64,000 nucleotides of DNA from Leptonemataceae bacterium (lineage in GTDB: Bacteria; Spirochaetota; Leptospiria; Leptospirales; Leptonemataceae): NCBI GenBank assembly GCA_965227295.1, contig OZ245742.1:2592001-2656000 (forward strand). The letters run 5' to 3'. The position numbers and the translations under genes were made by a program. The notes under the pieces were generated by a model. The model saw nothing but the letters and a program-made list of their open reading frames with translations. It did not search any database and was not told the origin of the DNA. Below are positions 39,526 to 49,743 of the stretch, piece after piece. How positions within the stretch are numbered: the first letter of the stretch is position 1; each line of letters begins with the position of its first letter.

Positions 39526-39667
39526 GATGAAATCGAGCACCCGGCGACGCGGGCGTGGACAAACTTCTTACTTGCCGTGGACCGGGGAGCAAGGAATAAA
39601 GTCGCAGCAATTCTGTAAATAATAGAGCAAATCGAAACGTTCGACCAGAGCTCCGGCGAAGCCCGGC

Positions 39668-39786
39668 TCTTCCGCGTTAGGGATTGGAAGGGTCGCGAAG
39701 CGAGTCTCGCGCAGCGAGACCGAAGCCGAAGGCGGAGCCCTGGAAAGCCCGACCCGGAGCGCGTAGCGCGGAGGGGAACGCCCAAA
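39668..39786 (-). repeat. Multi-hairpin intergenic element copy B
   Basis: Reverse complement reads tttgggcgttc...gtcgggctttccagggctcc...cccttccaatccctaacgcggaaga. Confidence 0.85.
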
Positions 39787-39853
39787 CACAAGAGCACGCA
39801 TCAACGCCGAGTAACTCGCCCTGATCCCGCAAGTCCCTTACATACTTTCCCGG

Positions 39854-42706
39854 ATGATTCGCACCGCTGTCGGAATCGCAGTAGTCGCCGGATTTTTTTG
39901 TGTACCCGTCACACTGCGCGCCCAGGACGTTTCCGACCTCGACGCCGAAACCATCAATCGACGCATCGAAGAGCTGACCCGGAATCCCGTCATCCGCGAG
40001 CTGATCCGCCGGTCCCAGCCGGGCCTCGACGCCGATCAGAAACGCATCCTGGGCGAAGCCATCGACAACATGGACGAGGCCGAGATCGACGAGAACCTGG
40101 ATCGCATGGGCCTGCGCAAAGACGGTTCGATTTACGCGCGGCGGGAACGCCTGAAGACCGCGCTCGGCATTGAACCGCCGCCGGCCCTGCCGCCGCCGCC
40201 GGGAACGCCGCGCATCGCCATCGAAAACGCCGCCGAGGGCGAGTACATGAGCGGCGAGGACGATGAGCGCGGCCTGCTGAAACTCTACGGACGCATTCGC
40301 GTGCGTCTGCCGGACGGCGTCTTCTACGCGGACACCGTCGTTGTGGATACGAACCGCCAGGAAATTTACGGCGAGGGCAACATCGTCTACGTCGCTCAGG
40401 ACAGCGAGATCCAGGCCGACCGCGTCATCTACAACCAGAAGTTACAGAACGGTATCCTCTACAACGCCTCGGGTTACCAGTCGCCGCTGTTTTTCATCGG
40501 CCGCAATCTGAAACAAATCAGCGCCGATCGTTTCGCCGTGTCCCACGCGTTCTTTACGGCCTGCACCGCCGAGAAACCGCACTACAACTTCACGGCCTCC
40601 CGGGTCTGGATCTACGACGACAACAAGGTCTTCGCCGTGGGTGTGTTGTATCACGTGGGCGGGGTGCCGCTCTTGCCGTTGCCGTTTCTGTTCAGCGGGG
40701 ACTTCGGTACCGGCATCATCGTCCAGGCGGGGCGCAGTGATTTGCAGGGCTGGTTCATTCAATCGACCTACCAGTTCTCGGATCCGGAAGCGCAGTACAA
40801 TCCGATCACGCCGCAGTCGTATCGTCTCAAGGCCGACTATTATCAGAACACCGGCGAGGCCGGCGGCGTGGAACTGTACAGATTTTCACCGAACTTAAAC
40901 TACGTCTTCGACCTGGGCATTGCCCGCTATCGTCGCTACGCCTTCGACGGCGATGTCCGCGACGGGGCCGATCTGCGCGTTACGAACCAGGTGCCCATCT
41001 GCTACGGCGAAGAAGGACAGCTCGGTTACTACTGCACCAGCGGCGAAGACTTCGAGCAATGGTACAAAGCTTTCGCCATCGTAAACTACCGCTCGCAGAA
41101 CATGCAGAAGAACGCCGTGCGCAACGTCTATCTGCGCTACGAGGACTACGCGCATCAGTTGTACGAGTACGAGTTCGGCGGGCGCTATCAGCCGACGTCC
41201 ACGGTCCCGGCCCTGTATCAAAACAGCGAGGCCGGCCGCGGTTTGATTCGCCAGACGTTGAACTGGCAACTCGTCTACAGTGAACAGCGCGACGATCTTT
41301 CCGTGCGCGTGGAAGCGCGCCGGGATCTGTTGTGGCGAAACACCGTCGATCTCTTCGAGGACAGCGAGTACATTCCGGTGAACGACGTGGTGCCGTCCGT
41401 GGATGTGGCGAAGCGCTGGAACCTGGGCACCGCGCCGGTCCTCGAGGCCCCCGTGTACTGGGACCACTTTTTGCACGTGGACCTGGAGAAACAGTACTCC
41501 GACGGCGACGAGTTCCAGAACCTGAACAACAACGAGTATCGCACGCAGTTCCGCACGTTTTTGTCGTACTTTCCGTACATTACGTTTACGCCCATCGTCG
41601 GCTACGGCGCTCAGAAGACCGTACCCGAGTACCGCGGCACGGATACCGCCTCGGAAGAGGCCCTGGATCGCGAGGCCCAGAAGAACAGCTACCAGTACGT
41701 CTACACCGAGGACCAACTGACATTGGGCCCGGACGTCCTGTTCCTGCGCACGACGTATCGCTTTAAGAAATCGCACAAAGAAGAACTGAACGACACGCCG
41801 GCCGTAAACACCACCGGCTTCGACGGCTCTCAGAAAGTGAACGAGACCGAGCTGTCCCTGGAGTTCTATCCGCTGCTGAACACGGCGTTCACGTTGACCT
41901 CGGTCTACGATCATCGCCGTTTTCAGGAGCCGGTGAAGAACTCCGAACGCTGGTCGTATCCGGTCTTTCGTTCGGACATCTACCTGGATTTTCTGAATCT
42001 TTTTCGGGAAGATCGGGAGAATCTCTTAAGTCGCAACAAAGTGCACTTTATGGGCCTGCGCCTCACGAACGATTACGTCTACGACGCCGTCCTCAAACGC
42101 GATCATTCCAACGTCTTCGGTATTTCCTGGGAGATGGGCGGTTTCGATCTGTGGCTGCTCAAGCGCCTGCGTTACCTGGAACTCACGTACTACTGGTATC
42201 ACGTCTACTTCGATCCCGGCCTCGATCACATGCGTTTCGCGCTGAAGACCGACGTGCAACTCTGGGACTGGGGTTTCCTGGAAATGGAGCTGGAATCCCG
42301 GGCCACGGACATTGAACGTTACTCCCGCGGCTCGGTGGACGAGGAGGGCCGGGACGACTACGTTCCGTTCGAAAAAGACGTGGTCTACGGCAGCGGCCTG
42401 GCCGGCGCCGAGAAACGTCAGGATGCCGTCTTCAACGTCGCGTTCTTTCGCACGGCGCTCATCATGGACCTGCACGACTGGGAGTACCGCATCGGCTACG
42501 AAATGCAGCAGCGCACCATCTTCGGCGGACAGAACTCCATCGACGTCGTGAACTTCTACGATAACCGCGTGTTCTTTTCGCTCACGCTGCTGCGCTTCGA
42601 CATCGGCGGCACCGGCAGCAATCCGTCGCGCTTCGTCATCAATCGCCAGCGCGTGCGTCCGGGCGACTTCGCGCGCCAGCCGGTGGGGTCGACGAGGTTG
42701 CAGTAA
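39854..42706 (+). CDS. lptD: LPS-assembly protein LptD-like
   Basis: Signal peptide; FTACTAEKPHY; YHVGGVPLLPLPF; long aromatic beta-strand-rich C-term. Confidence 0.8.
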   Translation: MIRTAVGIAVVAGFFCVPVTLRAQDVSDLDAETINRRIEELTRNPVIRELIRRSQPGLDADQKRILGEAIDNMDEAEIDENLDRMGLRKDGSIYARRERLKTALGIEPPPALPPPPGTPRIAIENAAEGEYMSGEDDERGLLKLYGRIRVRLPDGVFYADTVVVDTNRQEIYGEGNIVYVAQDSEIQADRVIYNQKLQNGILYNASGYQSPLFFIGRNLKQISADRFAVSHAFFTACTAEKPHYNFTASRVWIYDDNKVFAVGVLYHVGGVPLLPLPFLFSGDFGTGIIVQAGRSDLQGWFIQSTYQFSDPEAQYNPITPQSYRLKADYYQNTGEAGGVELYRFSPNLNYVFDLGIARYRRYAFDGDVRDGADLRVTNQVPICYGEEGQLGYYCTSGEDFEQWYKAFAIVNYRSQNMQKNAVRNVYLRYEDYAHQLYEYEFGGRYQPTSTVPALYQNSEAGRGLIRQTLNWQLVYSEQRDDLSVRVEARRDLLWRNTVDLFEDSEYIPVNDVVPSVDVAKRWNLGTAPVLEAPVYWDHFLHVDLEKQYSDGDEFQNLNNNEYRTQFRTFLSYFPYITFTPIVGYGAQKTVPEYRGTDTASEEALDREAQKNSYQYVYTEDQLTLGPDVLFLRTTYRFKKSHKEELNDTPAVNTTGFDGSQKVNETELSLEFYPLLNTAFTLTSVYDHRRFQEPVKNSERWSYPVFRSDIYLDFLNLFREDRENLLSRNKVHFMGLRLTNDYVYDAVLKRDHSNVFGISWEMGGFDLWLLKRLRYLELTYYWYHVYFDPGLDHMRFALKTDVQLWDWGFLEMELESRATDIERYSRGSVDEEGRDDYVPFEKDVVYGSGLAGAEKRQDAVFNVAFFRTALIMDLHDWEYRIGYEMQQRTIFGGQNSIDVVNFYDNRVFFSLTLLRFDIGGTGSNPSRFVINRQRVRPGDFARQPVGSTRLQ

Positions 42707-42708
42707 GC

Positions 42709-44187
42709 ATGCTACGCGAACGCAATCAAACCTTTAAGCTCATGTTCATCGGCCTCGACCTGGCCCTGGCCGTGCTTACCTACGCCCTCGCCGTGATCGC
42801 GCATTTTTATGTGATCTCTCCCGAGCAACGCGCGTATGTCGTCCTGGATGACGGCGGATTGTTTTCGCCCGGCGTCTACGCTAAGTTTGCCGCGCAGATG
42901 GTGAGCTGGGACGACCTGGAGTTTCTTCTCACGTACGCATACCTCGGCATCTTCGTGGCCATAGCCCAGGTGGTGACGTTCATTGCCACGGATCTCTATC
43001 ATCCCCGGCGCGGCACCAATCTTTTGAAAGAGATCGTCGGCATTACGCGCGGTGTGGGCTTGAACCTCTTGATCGTCGTGGGCCTGCTGTTCTTTTATCG
43101 CGGCACCTCGTTTTCGCGGCTCGTCATCGTGTACTACGGCATCGGATCGGTGCTGATTTTTTCGGTGGGTCACTATCTGTTTCGGATCTTCCTGGGTCGC
43201 CTGCGTTCGCAGGGCTACAATACGCGGAACGTGTTGATCCTCGGCACCGGCAAGATCGCCGCACGGTTCTACGAGATTCTCAAACGTCACGCGATCTTCG
43301 GTTACCGGGTGATGGGGTTCGTCGGCCCGAAGGCGAAGGCCGTGGGGCCGATCAAGTCGTTGATCCGGGGCAACGTGCGCGACCTCAAGCGCATTGCGCG
43401 CAGTCTCGATCCGGACCTCATTGTCTACGCCATGCCCCAGGACTTGAAGTTGCTGGAGGACGTCATCGAGTTCTGCGATACCGAGGGCATCGACTGCCGC
43501 ATCGTCCCTGATCTCACCGAACTGATTACCAGCCGCGCGCGCGTCGAGGACATGGACGGCATGCCGCTCTTAACCATCCGCGATGTGCCGTTAAAGAACG
43601 GTTACAACGCGGCGATCAAACGCTTCTTCGACGTCGGCGTGTCCGCCGCGGCGCTGCTCTGTACGTTTCCGGTGTACATCATCCTGCCGCTCCTGATTAA
43701 GCTGGATTCGCCCGGCCCGGTCTTCTTCGGCCAGGAGCGCGTGGGCCTGGACCGCAGGCTTTTTAAGTTGTACAAGTTCCGCACCATGAAAGTCCAGGCG
43801 CAGGATTCCTCGGATACGACCTGGGGCAGCGCCCAGGACTCCCGCGTAACTGCTCTCGGCCGCTTCTTAAGAAAGACCTCCCTCGACGAACTGCCGCAGT
43901 TCTGGAACGTGCTGAAGGGCGACATGTCCATGGTGGGCCCGCGGCCGGAGCGCCCGCACTTCGTTGAGGAATTCAAAGAGAAATACGCCGGCGTGCACTA
44001 CATGCGCCGCCACTCGGTGAAGTCCGGCATCACCGGCTGGGCCCAGATCCAGGGCCTGCGCGGGGACACGAGCATCGCCGAGCGCGCCGAGGCGGACATC
44101 TATTACATCGAGAACTGGTCGTTCTGGTTGGATGTGCTGATTATGCTTAAGACTCCCGGCGCGTTGGTGAAGAGTCCGGGGGAGTAG
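42709..44187 (+). CDS. wcaJ: Undecaprenyl-phosphate glucose phosphotransferase
   Basis: IKRFFD, YKFRTM, LRKTSLDELPQFWNVLKGDMSMVGPRPE, GITGWAQI, YIENWS. Confidence 0.93.
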   Translation: MLRERNQTFKLMFIGLDLALAVLTYALAVIAHFYVISPEQRAYVVLDDGGLFSPGVYAKFAAQMVSWDDLEFLLTYAYLGIFVAIAQVVTFIATDLYHPRRGTNLLKEIVGITRGVGLNLLIVVGLLFFYRGTSFSRLVIVYYGIGSVLIFSVGHYLFRIFLGRLRSQGYNTRNVLILGTGKIAARFYEILKRHAIFGYRVMGFVGPKAKAVGPIKSLIRGNVRDLKRIARSLDPDLIVYAMPQDLKLLEDVIEFCDTEGIDCRIVPDLTELITSRARVEDMDGMPLLTIRDVPLKNGYNAAIKRFFDVGVSAAALLCTFPVYIILPLLIKLDSPGPVFFGQERVGLDRRLFKLYKFRTMKVQAQDSSDTTWGSAQDSRVTALGRFLRKTSLDELPQFWNVLKGDMSMVGPRPERPHFVEEFKEKYAGVHYMRRHSVKSGITGWAQIQGLRGDTSIAERAEADIYYIENWSFWLDVLIMLKTPGALVKSPGE

Positions 44188-44363
44188 TTTTATTCATATT
44201 TAGATGATCCCCGGCTCCGTTTTCTTTTAGAAATGCGCGCATCCCGTAGTACATGGGATCGCCTGCGTTTAAGCGCTCTCGAAGATAGTAGGCTAAGTCA
44301 CGGTAGGATTTCGACGAAGCGCGATGTGCGGGATGAATTCTTGATCCGACTGAGTCGGAACCG

Positions 44364-44927
44364 TCATCGTGCGAACAAACGCTCGGCTCGGACCGTCAAC
44401 CCCGGCAAAACCTGGCTCTCCAGCACATCGCCCGCCCGTTTCTCCCAGGCATCGTCGTTGTTCTGCCAGGCCTGAACAGATTCGTTCCGCGGATCGACGA
44501 TCCAGTATTCTTTCACACCGCAGCGAAGATAGCTGTCCGCCTTTACGCCGAGATCACGGTCGCGGGTGGACGGCGAAAGAATTTCGACTGTAAGATCGGG
44601 CGCGCCGTGGATGTGGCCTTCTACAATATGAGCGTTTTCCGCCAGCACCACGCAAAGGTCCGGTTCCCAGACGTTATCGTCAGGGAGGAAGACCGAGAAA
44701 TCGAAGAAGTACCGTCCCGCGTCCGGATGCGCCTGGAAGTATGAGACGAGGATCTCTAGAAACTTACTGTGCGGCCGGAGGTGATCGTCGATAGGACTCG
44801 GACTCAAATGCAGGACTCCTTCGATGAGTTCGTACCGGTGCCCGTCGTCGGCAATATCGAGAAACTGCGCCGGGCTGATGCGCCGGCCCTCGTGTAGCGG
44901 TTTGGATTTCGGCTGAGTGCGACTCAC
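44364..44927 (-). CDS. Uma2/DUF820 endonuclease
   Basis: YELIEG..SPSP..H, EPDL, GAPDLTVEILS, GVKEYWIVDP. Confidence 0.92.
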   Translation of the reverse strand: MSRTQPKSKPLHEGRRISPAQFLDIADDGHRYELIEGVLHLSPSPIDDHLRPHSKFLEILVSYFQAHPDAGRYFFDFSVFLPDDNVWEPDLCVVLAENAHIVEGHIHGAPDLTVEILSPSTRDRDLGVKADSYLRCGVKEYWIVDPRNESVQAWQNNDDAWEKRAGDVLESQVLPGLTVRAERLFAR

Positions 44928-44965
44928 GCTGATAGACTACACCGGTACTCCCTGGCGATCAATCT

Positions 44966-45709
44966 TTATTTCCTCACCGCACGTTTGCGTGCGTACATCG
45001 CATGCGGATATTCCATGTCGCTCAGCCGCGCCACTTCGTGCATGCACTCGTGTAAGAACCGCGCCTGCTCCGCTTCGCTTAAGTCTCCGCGCATCATGCG
45101 AACCTCGCCGACGTTCAACGTCGCCGTTTCGCGGGCGAACCACTTGCGCTTCGCCGGCGTGTAGGTAAAACCCACCGGCACCACCTGGATCGCAGCGGGC
45201 GCCTGTTTCGTCATCCAGCGAAAGCCGGGAAATTTACCGGGGCCCATGTGCTGTTCAAAAAATGTCTGCTCCGGAAACAAAACGACCAGGTGACCGTTGT
45301 GCAATACCTCGCGCACCATGCGCAGCCAGGGCCGTGAACGCATGGGCTGATCGCGGTTGATGGGAATGCCGCCGGCGCGCGGGAAAAAACCGAACAGCCA
45401 CGGGCTTACCAGGTCATGCTTCATGAGACACCAGTTGTCGTCGCGCCGTTCGGTGAGTACGTAACCGAAGCCCAGGGGAATGTCCTCGTTGCGCTGGTGT
45501 TTCACGAGCACGAGGGTCGGTCCGTCTTGCGGAAGATTTTCCAGGTTCAGCACGCGCACACGATAAAACAACCAGCCGACGTTGCGACCCAACCAGCGCA
45601 GCAAACGACTCGCCCCGCGCGTTTGGCCGGGGTGACCGGGACGGCGATAGGCATGATTGTATACGCGAGGATGATCGGGCATGTTTCTCTGCGCTGCGTG
45701 ACTGTGCAT
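44966..45709 (-). CDS. Lysophospholipid acyltransferase (PlsC-like)
   Basis: HQRNED (HX4D), IPINR, LFPEQT. Confidence 0.88.
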   Translation of the reverse strand: MHSHAAQRNMPDHPRVYNHAYRRPGHPGQTRGASRLLRWLGRNVGWLFYRVRVLNLENLPQDGPTLVLVKHQRNEDIPLGFGYVLTERRDDNWCLMKHDLVSPWLFGFFPRAGGIPINRDQPMRSRPWLRMVREVLHNGHLVVLFPEQTFFEQHMGPGKFPGFRWMTKQAPAAIQVVPVGFTYTPAKRKWFARETATLNVGEVRMMRGDLSEAEQARFLHECMHEVARLSDMEYPHAMYARKRAVRK

Positions 45710-45728
45710 GCGTCAACGGCTTTTTGAC

Positions 45729-46346
45729 TTACAGCGCGCCCCGCCACCGTACATCGACCCGCCAGCCGTTGCTGCGATGCACGAGCGGATCCGAAGCAAC
45801 TTCATCGTGCACATCGAACTGCCAGGCGCGGGCGTTTGCTCCCGGCTCCGGAAACACCGGCAACGTCTCCTCGTGCCGCGCGTATGCATGATCCGCCGTC
45901 CACCACAGACTCACGATCGTCAGCACGGCGTGCACGGTCACCGCGGTGCCGGCGAAGAACGCGCGGCGCTCGGCTCTGTCGCGAAAGTCGTCCGCCGTAG
46001 CGTAACCGCTACTGTAGGGATCTTTGTACCGCAGGCCGGGGCCGAAGAACAAACCCGCCGTGCGCGCCGCACGCTCCGCGCTCTGATACTCGCGAAACTG
46101 CACGTAGAACGCGCCCGCCGCGTACAACGTCCCCAGGCGCCCCACGGCCAACAGCGAACCCGTCACGTACTCCCGGCGCGTGAAGGCTCCGTAGCCGGGC
46201 ACGAAAAAATCCAGCGCCACATCCCCGTAGATGCCGGGCGGAGTCGATGCGGATTGCGCGGCCGTGGCTTGCAGCGGCGACAGGAATAGCAGCAGCATCA
46301 GCATTAACACTGCCGTGAGATGTTTGTTGTTCGAGGGCCGTCTCAT
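45729..46346 (-). CDS. Exported/membrane hypothetical protein
   Basis: Signal peptide; FFVPGYG motif resembling the DUF5683-like genes; co-oriented cluster. Confidence 0.7.
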   Translation of the reverse strand: MRRPSNNKHLTAVLMLMLLLFLSPLQATAAQSASTPPGIYGDVALDFFVPGYGAFTRREYVTGSLLAVGRLGTLYAAGAFYVQFREYQSAERAARTAGLFFGPGLRYKDPYSSGYATADDFRDRAERRAFFAGTAVTVHAVLTIVSLWWTADHAYARHEETLPVFPEPGANARAWQFDVHDEVASDPLVHRSNGWRVDVRWRGAL

Positions 46347-46355
46347 CTTACTAAC

Positions 46356-46781
46356 TTACAGCAGACTAAAGCTAACAATGTCCGACGGCAGGGACTCCGC
46401 CGCCCCGTCGTAGGCCGTCACGGCGAAGAACAGCGTTCCCGTGAACGGCTCGCTGCTCACGGAGTAAAAGTTCAGTTCGGTTTCGTCCAGCAGATCCCCG
46501 CTCCGATAGAAGCGGGTGGGCGGTCCGTCCAGACCGAGATAGATTCGGTAGAGGCCCACGGGGATGCCCGCGTCCGGATCGACGGCGGTGTCCCAGCGGA
46601 GGACCAGTTCTTCTGACGCGACGGAGTAGGTGACGGTAAGATTCTGCGGCGTCGTCGGTCGCTGCCCGCCCTGAATGAGGTACGGGGCCAGCACGAAGTA
46701 GTACGGCGGCGTCTCGTCGATATTGCCGCAGTTGGAGCAGACGAGCGCGACGCCGAAACATGTTAACATACGAAAAAACAC
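46356..46781 (-). CDS. Fibronectin type III domain lipoprotein
   Basis: Lipobox CSNC; PTTPQNL, LRWD, YRIY, FAVTAYD..ESLPS. Confidence 0.82.
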   Translation of the reverse strand: MFFRMLTCFGVALVCSNCGNIDETPPYYFVLAPYLIQGGQRPTTPQNLTVTYSVASEELVLRWDTAVDPDAGIPVGLYRIYLGLDGPPTRFYRSGDLLDETELNFYSVSSEPFTGTLFFAVTAYDGAAESLPSDIVSFSLL

Positions 46782-46783
46782 GA

Positions 46784-47230
46784 TTAGTCACGTATCCGGA
46801 CAACGGCCGGCCGGGTCGGGGAACCGCGCAGGGCCAGGCGCAGATTCGTTTCAATGACGGCGGAATCCGGACAGGCCGCGTCCGCCCCGGAGAGCAAACG
46901 CAGTGCCGCTTCCCGGTCGCCGGCCAGGAGTTCCGCCAGACCGTGGTTGTTGGCCCAGCGACAGTCCGGGTTCTCCGGCGCATCGCGCCAGATCGCCAGG
47001 GCCGCCGCGCCCCGCCGGCCCAGAAACTCGCGGAGGGCCGCGGCGTTGCGCTCCGGGGCCGTCTCCGTTTCCGCGAAGAACTCGTGGGTCTCACTCACGG
47101 TTACGGCGCGATCTTCCAGAGCGCCGTCGCCGGGGAGGACGATCTCGCGTTCCACGCGCACCGGATATTTGGCCGTGCAGGAGAGGCCGAGCACGGCCAG
47201 CATTACTATTATAGAGGAAACTCGTATCAC
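46784..47230 (-). CDS. Hypothetical lipoprotein with TPR-like C-term
   Basis: GTG start MIRVSSIIVMLAVLGLSC lipobox; WANNHGLAELLAG..NLRLAL. Confidence 0.65.
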   Translation of the reverse strand: MIRVSSIIVMLAVLGLSCTAKYPVRVEREIVLPGDGALEDRAVTVSETHEFFAETETAPERNAAALREFLGRRGAAALAIWRDAPENPDCRWANNHGLAELLAGDREAALRLLSGADAACPDSAVIETNLRLALRGSPTRPAVVRIRD

Positions 47231-47309
47231 GGAAAATCCATACGAACGTGTTGGAAAAATGGTTTTGCTTTCATCGCCCTGTCGCAGGCTGGTTGCACAG
47301 GACCCCATC

Positions 47310-47633
47310 ATGAAGCGCACGTCTACTTCGATCCGGGCCGGTCTGCGCCGGCTGATCCTTCTCTCCGCCCTCCCGGTATTTCTGTTCGTCGTCGGCGGCT
47401 GCGGCGACGATCCGAACCCCGGCGACGCGGAACTCACGCTCTTTTTACTGGCGTGTCCCACCGGTCCGTTCGCCTGTTACGACGCCTGCTTCGTCGAGGC
47501 CGACATCGATCAGGACAGCCAGATCACCGGCTCCGAGTTCTTTTTCTTCAACGCCTGTAGCTCCGGCTGCCAGAGCCGCTGCTCCCTGGCCTTTCTCTTT
47601 TACTATCTCGTCGACGACACGCCTGTTCGTTGA
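47310..47633 (+). CDS. Small Cys-rich lipoprotein with EF-hand-like loop (107 aa)
   Basis: Lipobox VGGC; DIDQDSQITGSE; six further Cys. Confidence 0.7.
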   Translation: MKRTSTSIRAGLRRLILLSALPVFLFVVGGCGDDPNPGDAELTLFLLACPTGPFACYDACFVEADIDQDSQITGSEFFFFNACSSGCQSRCSLAFLFYYLVDDTPVR

Positions 47634-47672
47634 TCGCGCACGGACTCCGGCTCTCGCGTTCCATCCCGGCAG

Positions 47673-49499
47673 CTACTCCGGCGGGGGCTCACCGCCCTTG
47701 CCGTTGATGCGCAGGTTCAGTTCCGTCAATCGATCCCACACCGCTCGATGCGCGTTGCCGTGTTCGTCTTTCGGGAGCAGGATCCACCGCGAAAATTCCG
47801 CACCGGCCGTTTCGAGGCGCGGCAACAACTCCGCTCGCTCCGCGTCGCTGAAGTCCCGGGTCTTCACGCGCTCCTCCGAACGAATCAGAAACAACTTCAC
47901 GAGAATGTAAAGCTTACGTCGTTCCGGATAACGCGCGGCCAGCTCCGCGTAGACCGGGTCGTTGCCGATCACTTCAAAGAACAACTCCACGTGACGATGG
48001 GCGTCGTTCAGATTCAGCCGCGATTCTTCCGCGACCTCCGGGCTCACTGTCAGCGCGGCGTTCCGGCCGATCCAGGCGCCGGTAAACGTGGTGCTGAGTA
48101 CAAACAGCAGCGGCAGGGCCGTGCTTACGACAAAACGTCCCGGCGCGTCGTCACTTTGAAGAATTCTCCGGAATAGATAAAAGACGTACAGGCTTAAGGG
48201 AATGCGAAAGAATGTTAAGAGATCCCAGTCGCCGGGAAAACCGATCAGCGACTTGACGATAAACGTGATGCCGCCGAAGAGCAGCGTTGCGAGGAGCGTA
48301 AAACGCAGCACCGGGGTTGCGACGAGGTCCCGCGGGCCGCGGCCCGGCAGGGCCAGCAGCAACAGCAGCAGGGCCGGGGCCACGGGCACGGCCAGGAACA
48401 GCAGGTTCAACATGTCGCGGGCGTGGGCCAGGGAGAGCAGCGTGGACGGACGATGCACCGGCGGCGAGGCGGCGTGGGAATCGCCGAAGGCCAGGCGCGG
48501 TTCGGCCAGATACAGAAAGTAAGCCCAGGTAAGCAGTAAGATCGGACCCGCCGCCAGTACCGCGCGCCCGGCCAGCGCCGCGAAAGGCCGTAAGTTCTCT
48601 GCGTACGAAGTTTGCGCTGAATCGCGTCGCGCGAGCATCCACACGAAGTAGACGAGGGCCGGCGCCATGGCGGTGGTGATCATGTGATGCAGCGCGGTAA
48701 TCGCGGCGAGGGCGGCGGTAATCGCCACGGCGAGCCCGGGACCATGGCGCAGGAAGGTGCCGGCCTGGTTCGCGGCGTCGGCGCCGTCCGGTTCTTCGAG
48801 GCAGCGTGCCGCGAAGAAGAGCGTCATGGAAAGATAGAGCGACGGCAGCGTGTAGTGCTCGACGTAGCCCGCGAAGAGCTGTAAGCCCGGGGCGAAGACG
48901 AACAACGTGAGGCCGTAGAGCCAGGCCGCGATGCTGCGCCCGCGCAGAAACCAGACGATCAACGCCGCATACAACACAAACGCCCCGGTGCTGATGACGC
49001 CGTAGCTCTCTTCGATCTGCAGGCCCAGGTTTTGCGAACTCCACAGATAAAACTTCGATCGCAGGAAGAGGACGAGCAGTTCATCGAAGGAGTCCAGGTA
49101 GCCCATGAAACGGGCGTAGACCGGGACGTGCTCCAGGATGAGTACGGAATCGCCCAGGCCCTCGGGCGGGGCGAGAAAGAGACGCTGGCGAAAGATCCAC
49201 AACAGCAGCACGCCGAGAAAAGCAAACGCCCCGGCGATGCCTGCACTCAGGCGCGCGGACGGCGCAAAGCGGCGATGCAGCAAACGATCCAGGGCCTGGA
49301 AGAATCGCCCGCGCACACCCAGCAACGGATCGCGCACGCCCAGGCCGGCGGCGAGACTCAGGGCCGCGAGCAGGTAAAAGACGGCGGAGGCGGGGCCGAA
49401 GATCGCGAAGGCCCAGAAACCGGTGGATTCGCTGAAGTCCGCGGCGAGACCGAGCGCGGCGAAGAAGAGGGCGAGCAGTACGAAGGCGCGCGAAAACAT
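47673..49499 (-). CDS. Polytopic membrane protein, possible GT-C glycosyltransferase
   Basis: More than 10 hydrophobic segments; GD, GYVEHY and DWDL loop motifs. Confidence 0.7.
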   Translation of the reverse strand: MFSRAFVLLALFFAALGLAADFSESTGFWAFAIFGPASAVFYLLAALSLAAGLGVRDPLLGVRGRFFQALDRLLHRRFAPSARLSAGIAGAFAFLGVLLLWIFRQRLFLAPPEGLGDSVLILEHVPVYARFMGYLDSFDELLVLFLRSKFYLWSSQNLGLQIEESYGVISTGAFVLYAALIVWFLRGRSIAAWLYGLTLFVFAPGLQLFAGYVEHYTLPSLYLSMTLFFAARCLEEPDGADAANQAGTFLRHGPGLAVAITAALAAITALHHMITTAMAPALVYFVWMLARRDSAQTSYAENLRPFAALAGRAVLAAGPILLLTWAYFLYLAEPRLAFGDSHAASPPVHRPSTLLSLAHARDMLNLLFLAVPVAPALLLLLLALPGRGPRDLVATPVLRFTLLATLLFGGITFIVKSLIGFPGDWDLLTFFRIPLSLYVFYLFRRILQSDDAPGRFVVSTALPLLFVLSTTFTGAWIGRNAALTVSPEVAEESRLNLNDAHRHVELFFEVIGNDPVYAELAARYPERRKLYILVKLFLIRSEERVKTRDFSDAERAELLPRLETAGAEFSRWILLPKDEHGNAHRAVWDRLTELNLRINGKGGEPPPE

Positions 49500-49509
49500 G
49501 CGGTGCGGA

Positions 49510-49734
49510 TCAGGAGGAGAGGAACTCCGGATCGATGTCCGGTTCCGGAAGATTCAGCGCGCGCTCCCGGCGTTCGTTCCACTCCTTTTCGTAGTCCATC
49601 ATGATTTCCCGGGCCGGCCAGGACTCCAGGCATGCCCGGAGTTCACGATTCTGCCGGACCAGCTCGGCGATCGAGGACTTCTTGATCTTGCCCGCCATAC
49701 CGAACAGAGAGCCGTGTGATCGGAGGGTGTCCAT
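49510..49734 (-). CDS. Small hypothetical protein
   Basis: 74 aa, GAAGG RBS, tightly packed in the trmB operon. Confidence 0.7.
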   Translation of the reverse strand: MDTLRSHGSLFGMAGKIKKSSIAELVRQNRELRACLESWPAREIMMDYEKEWNERRERALNLPEPDIDPEFLSS

Positions 49735-49743
49735 AAAAAACCT

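Noticed and set aside
37718..39610. 630-aa alternative-frame ORF over the radical SAM gene
   Set aside because: Arg/Pro/Gly-rich shadow ORF typical of high-GC codon bias; no motifs
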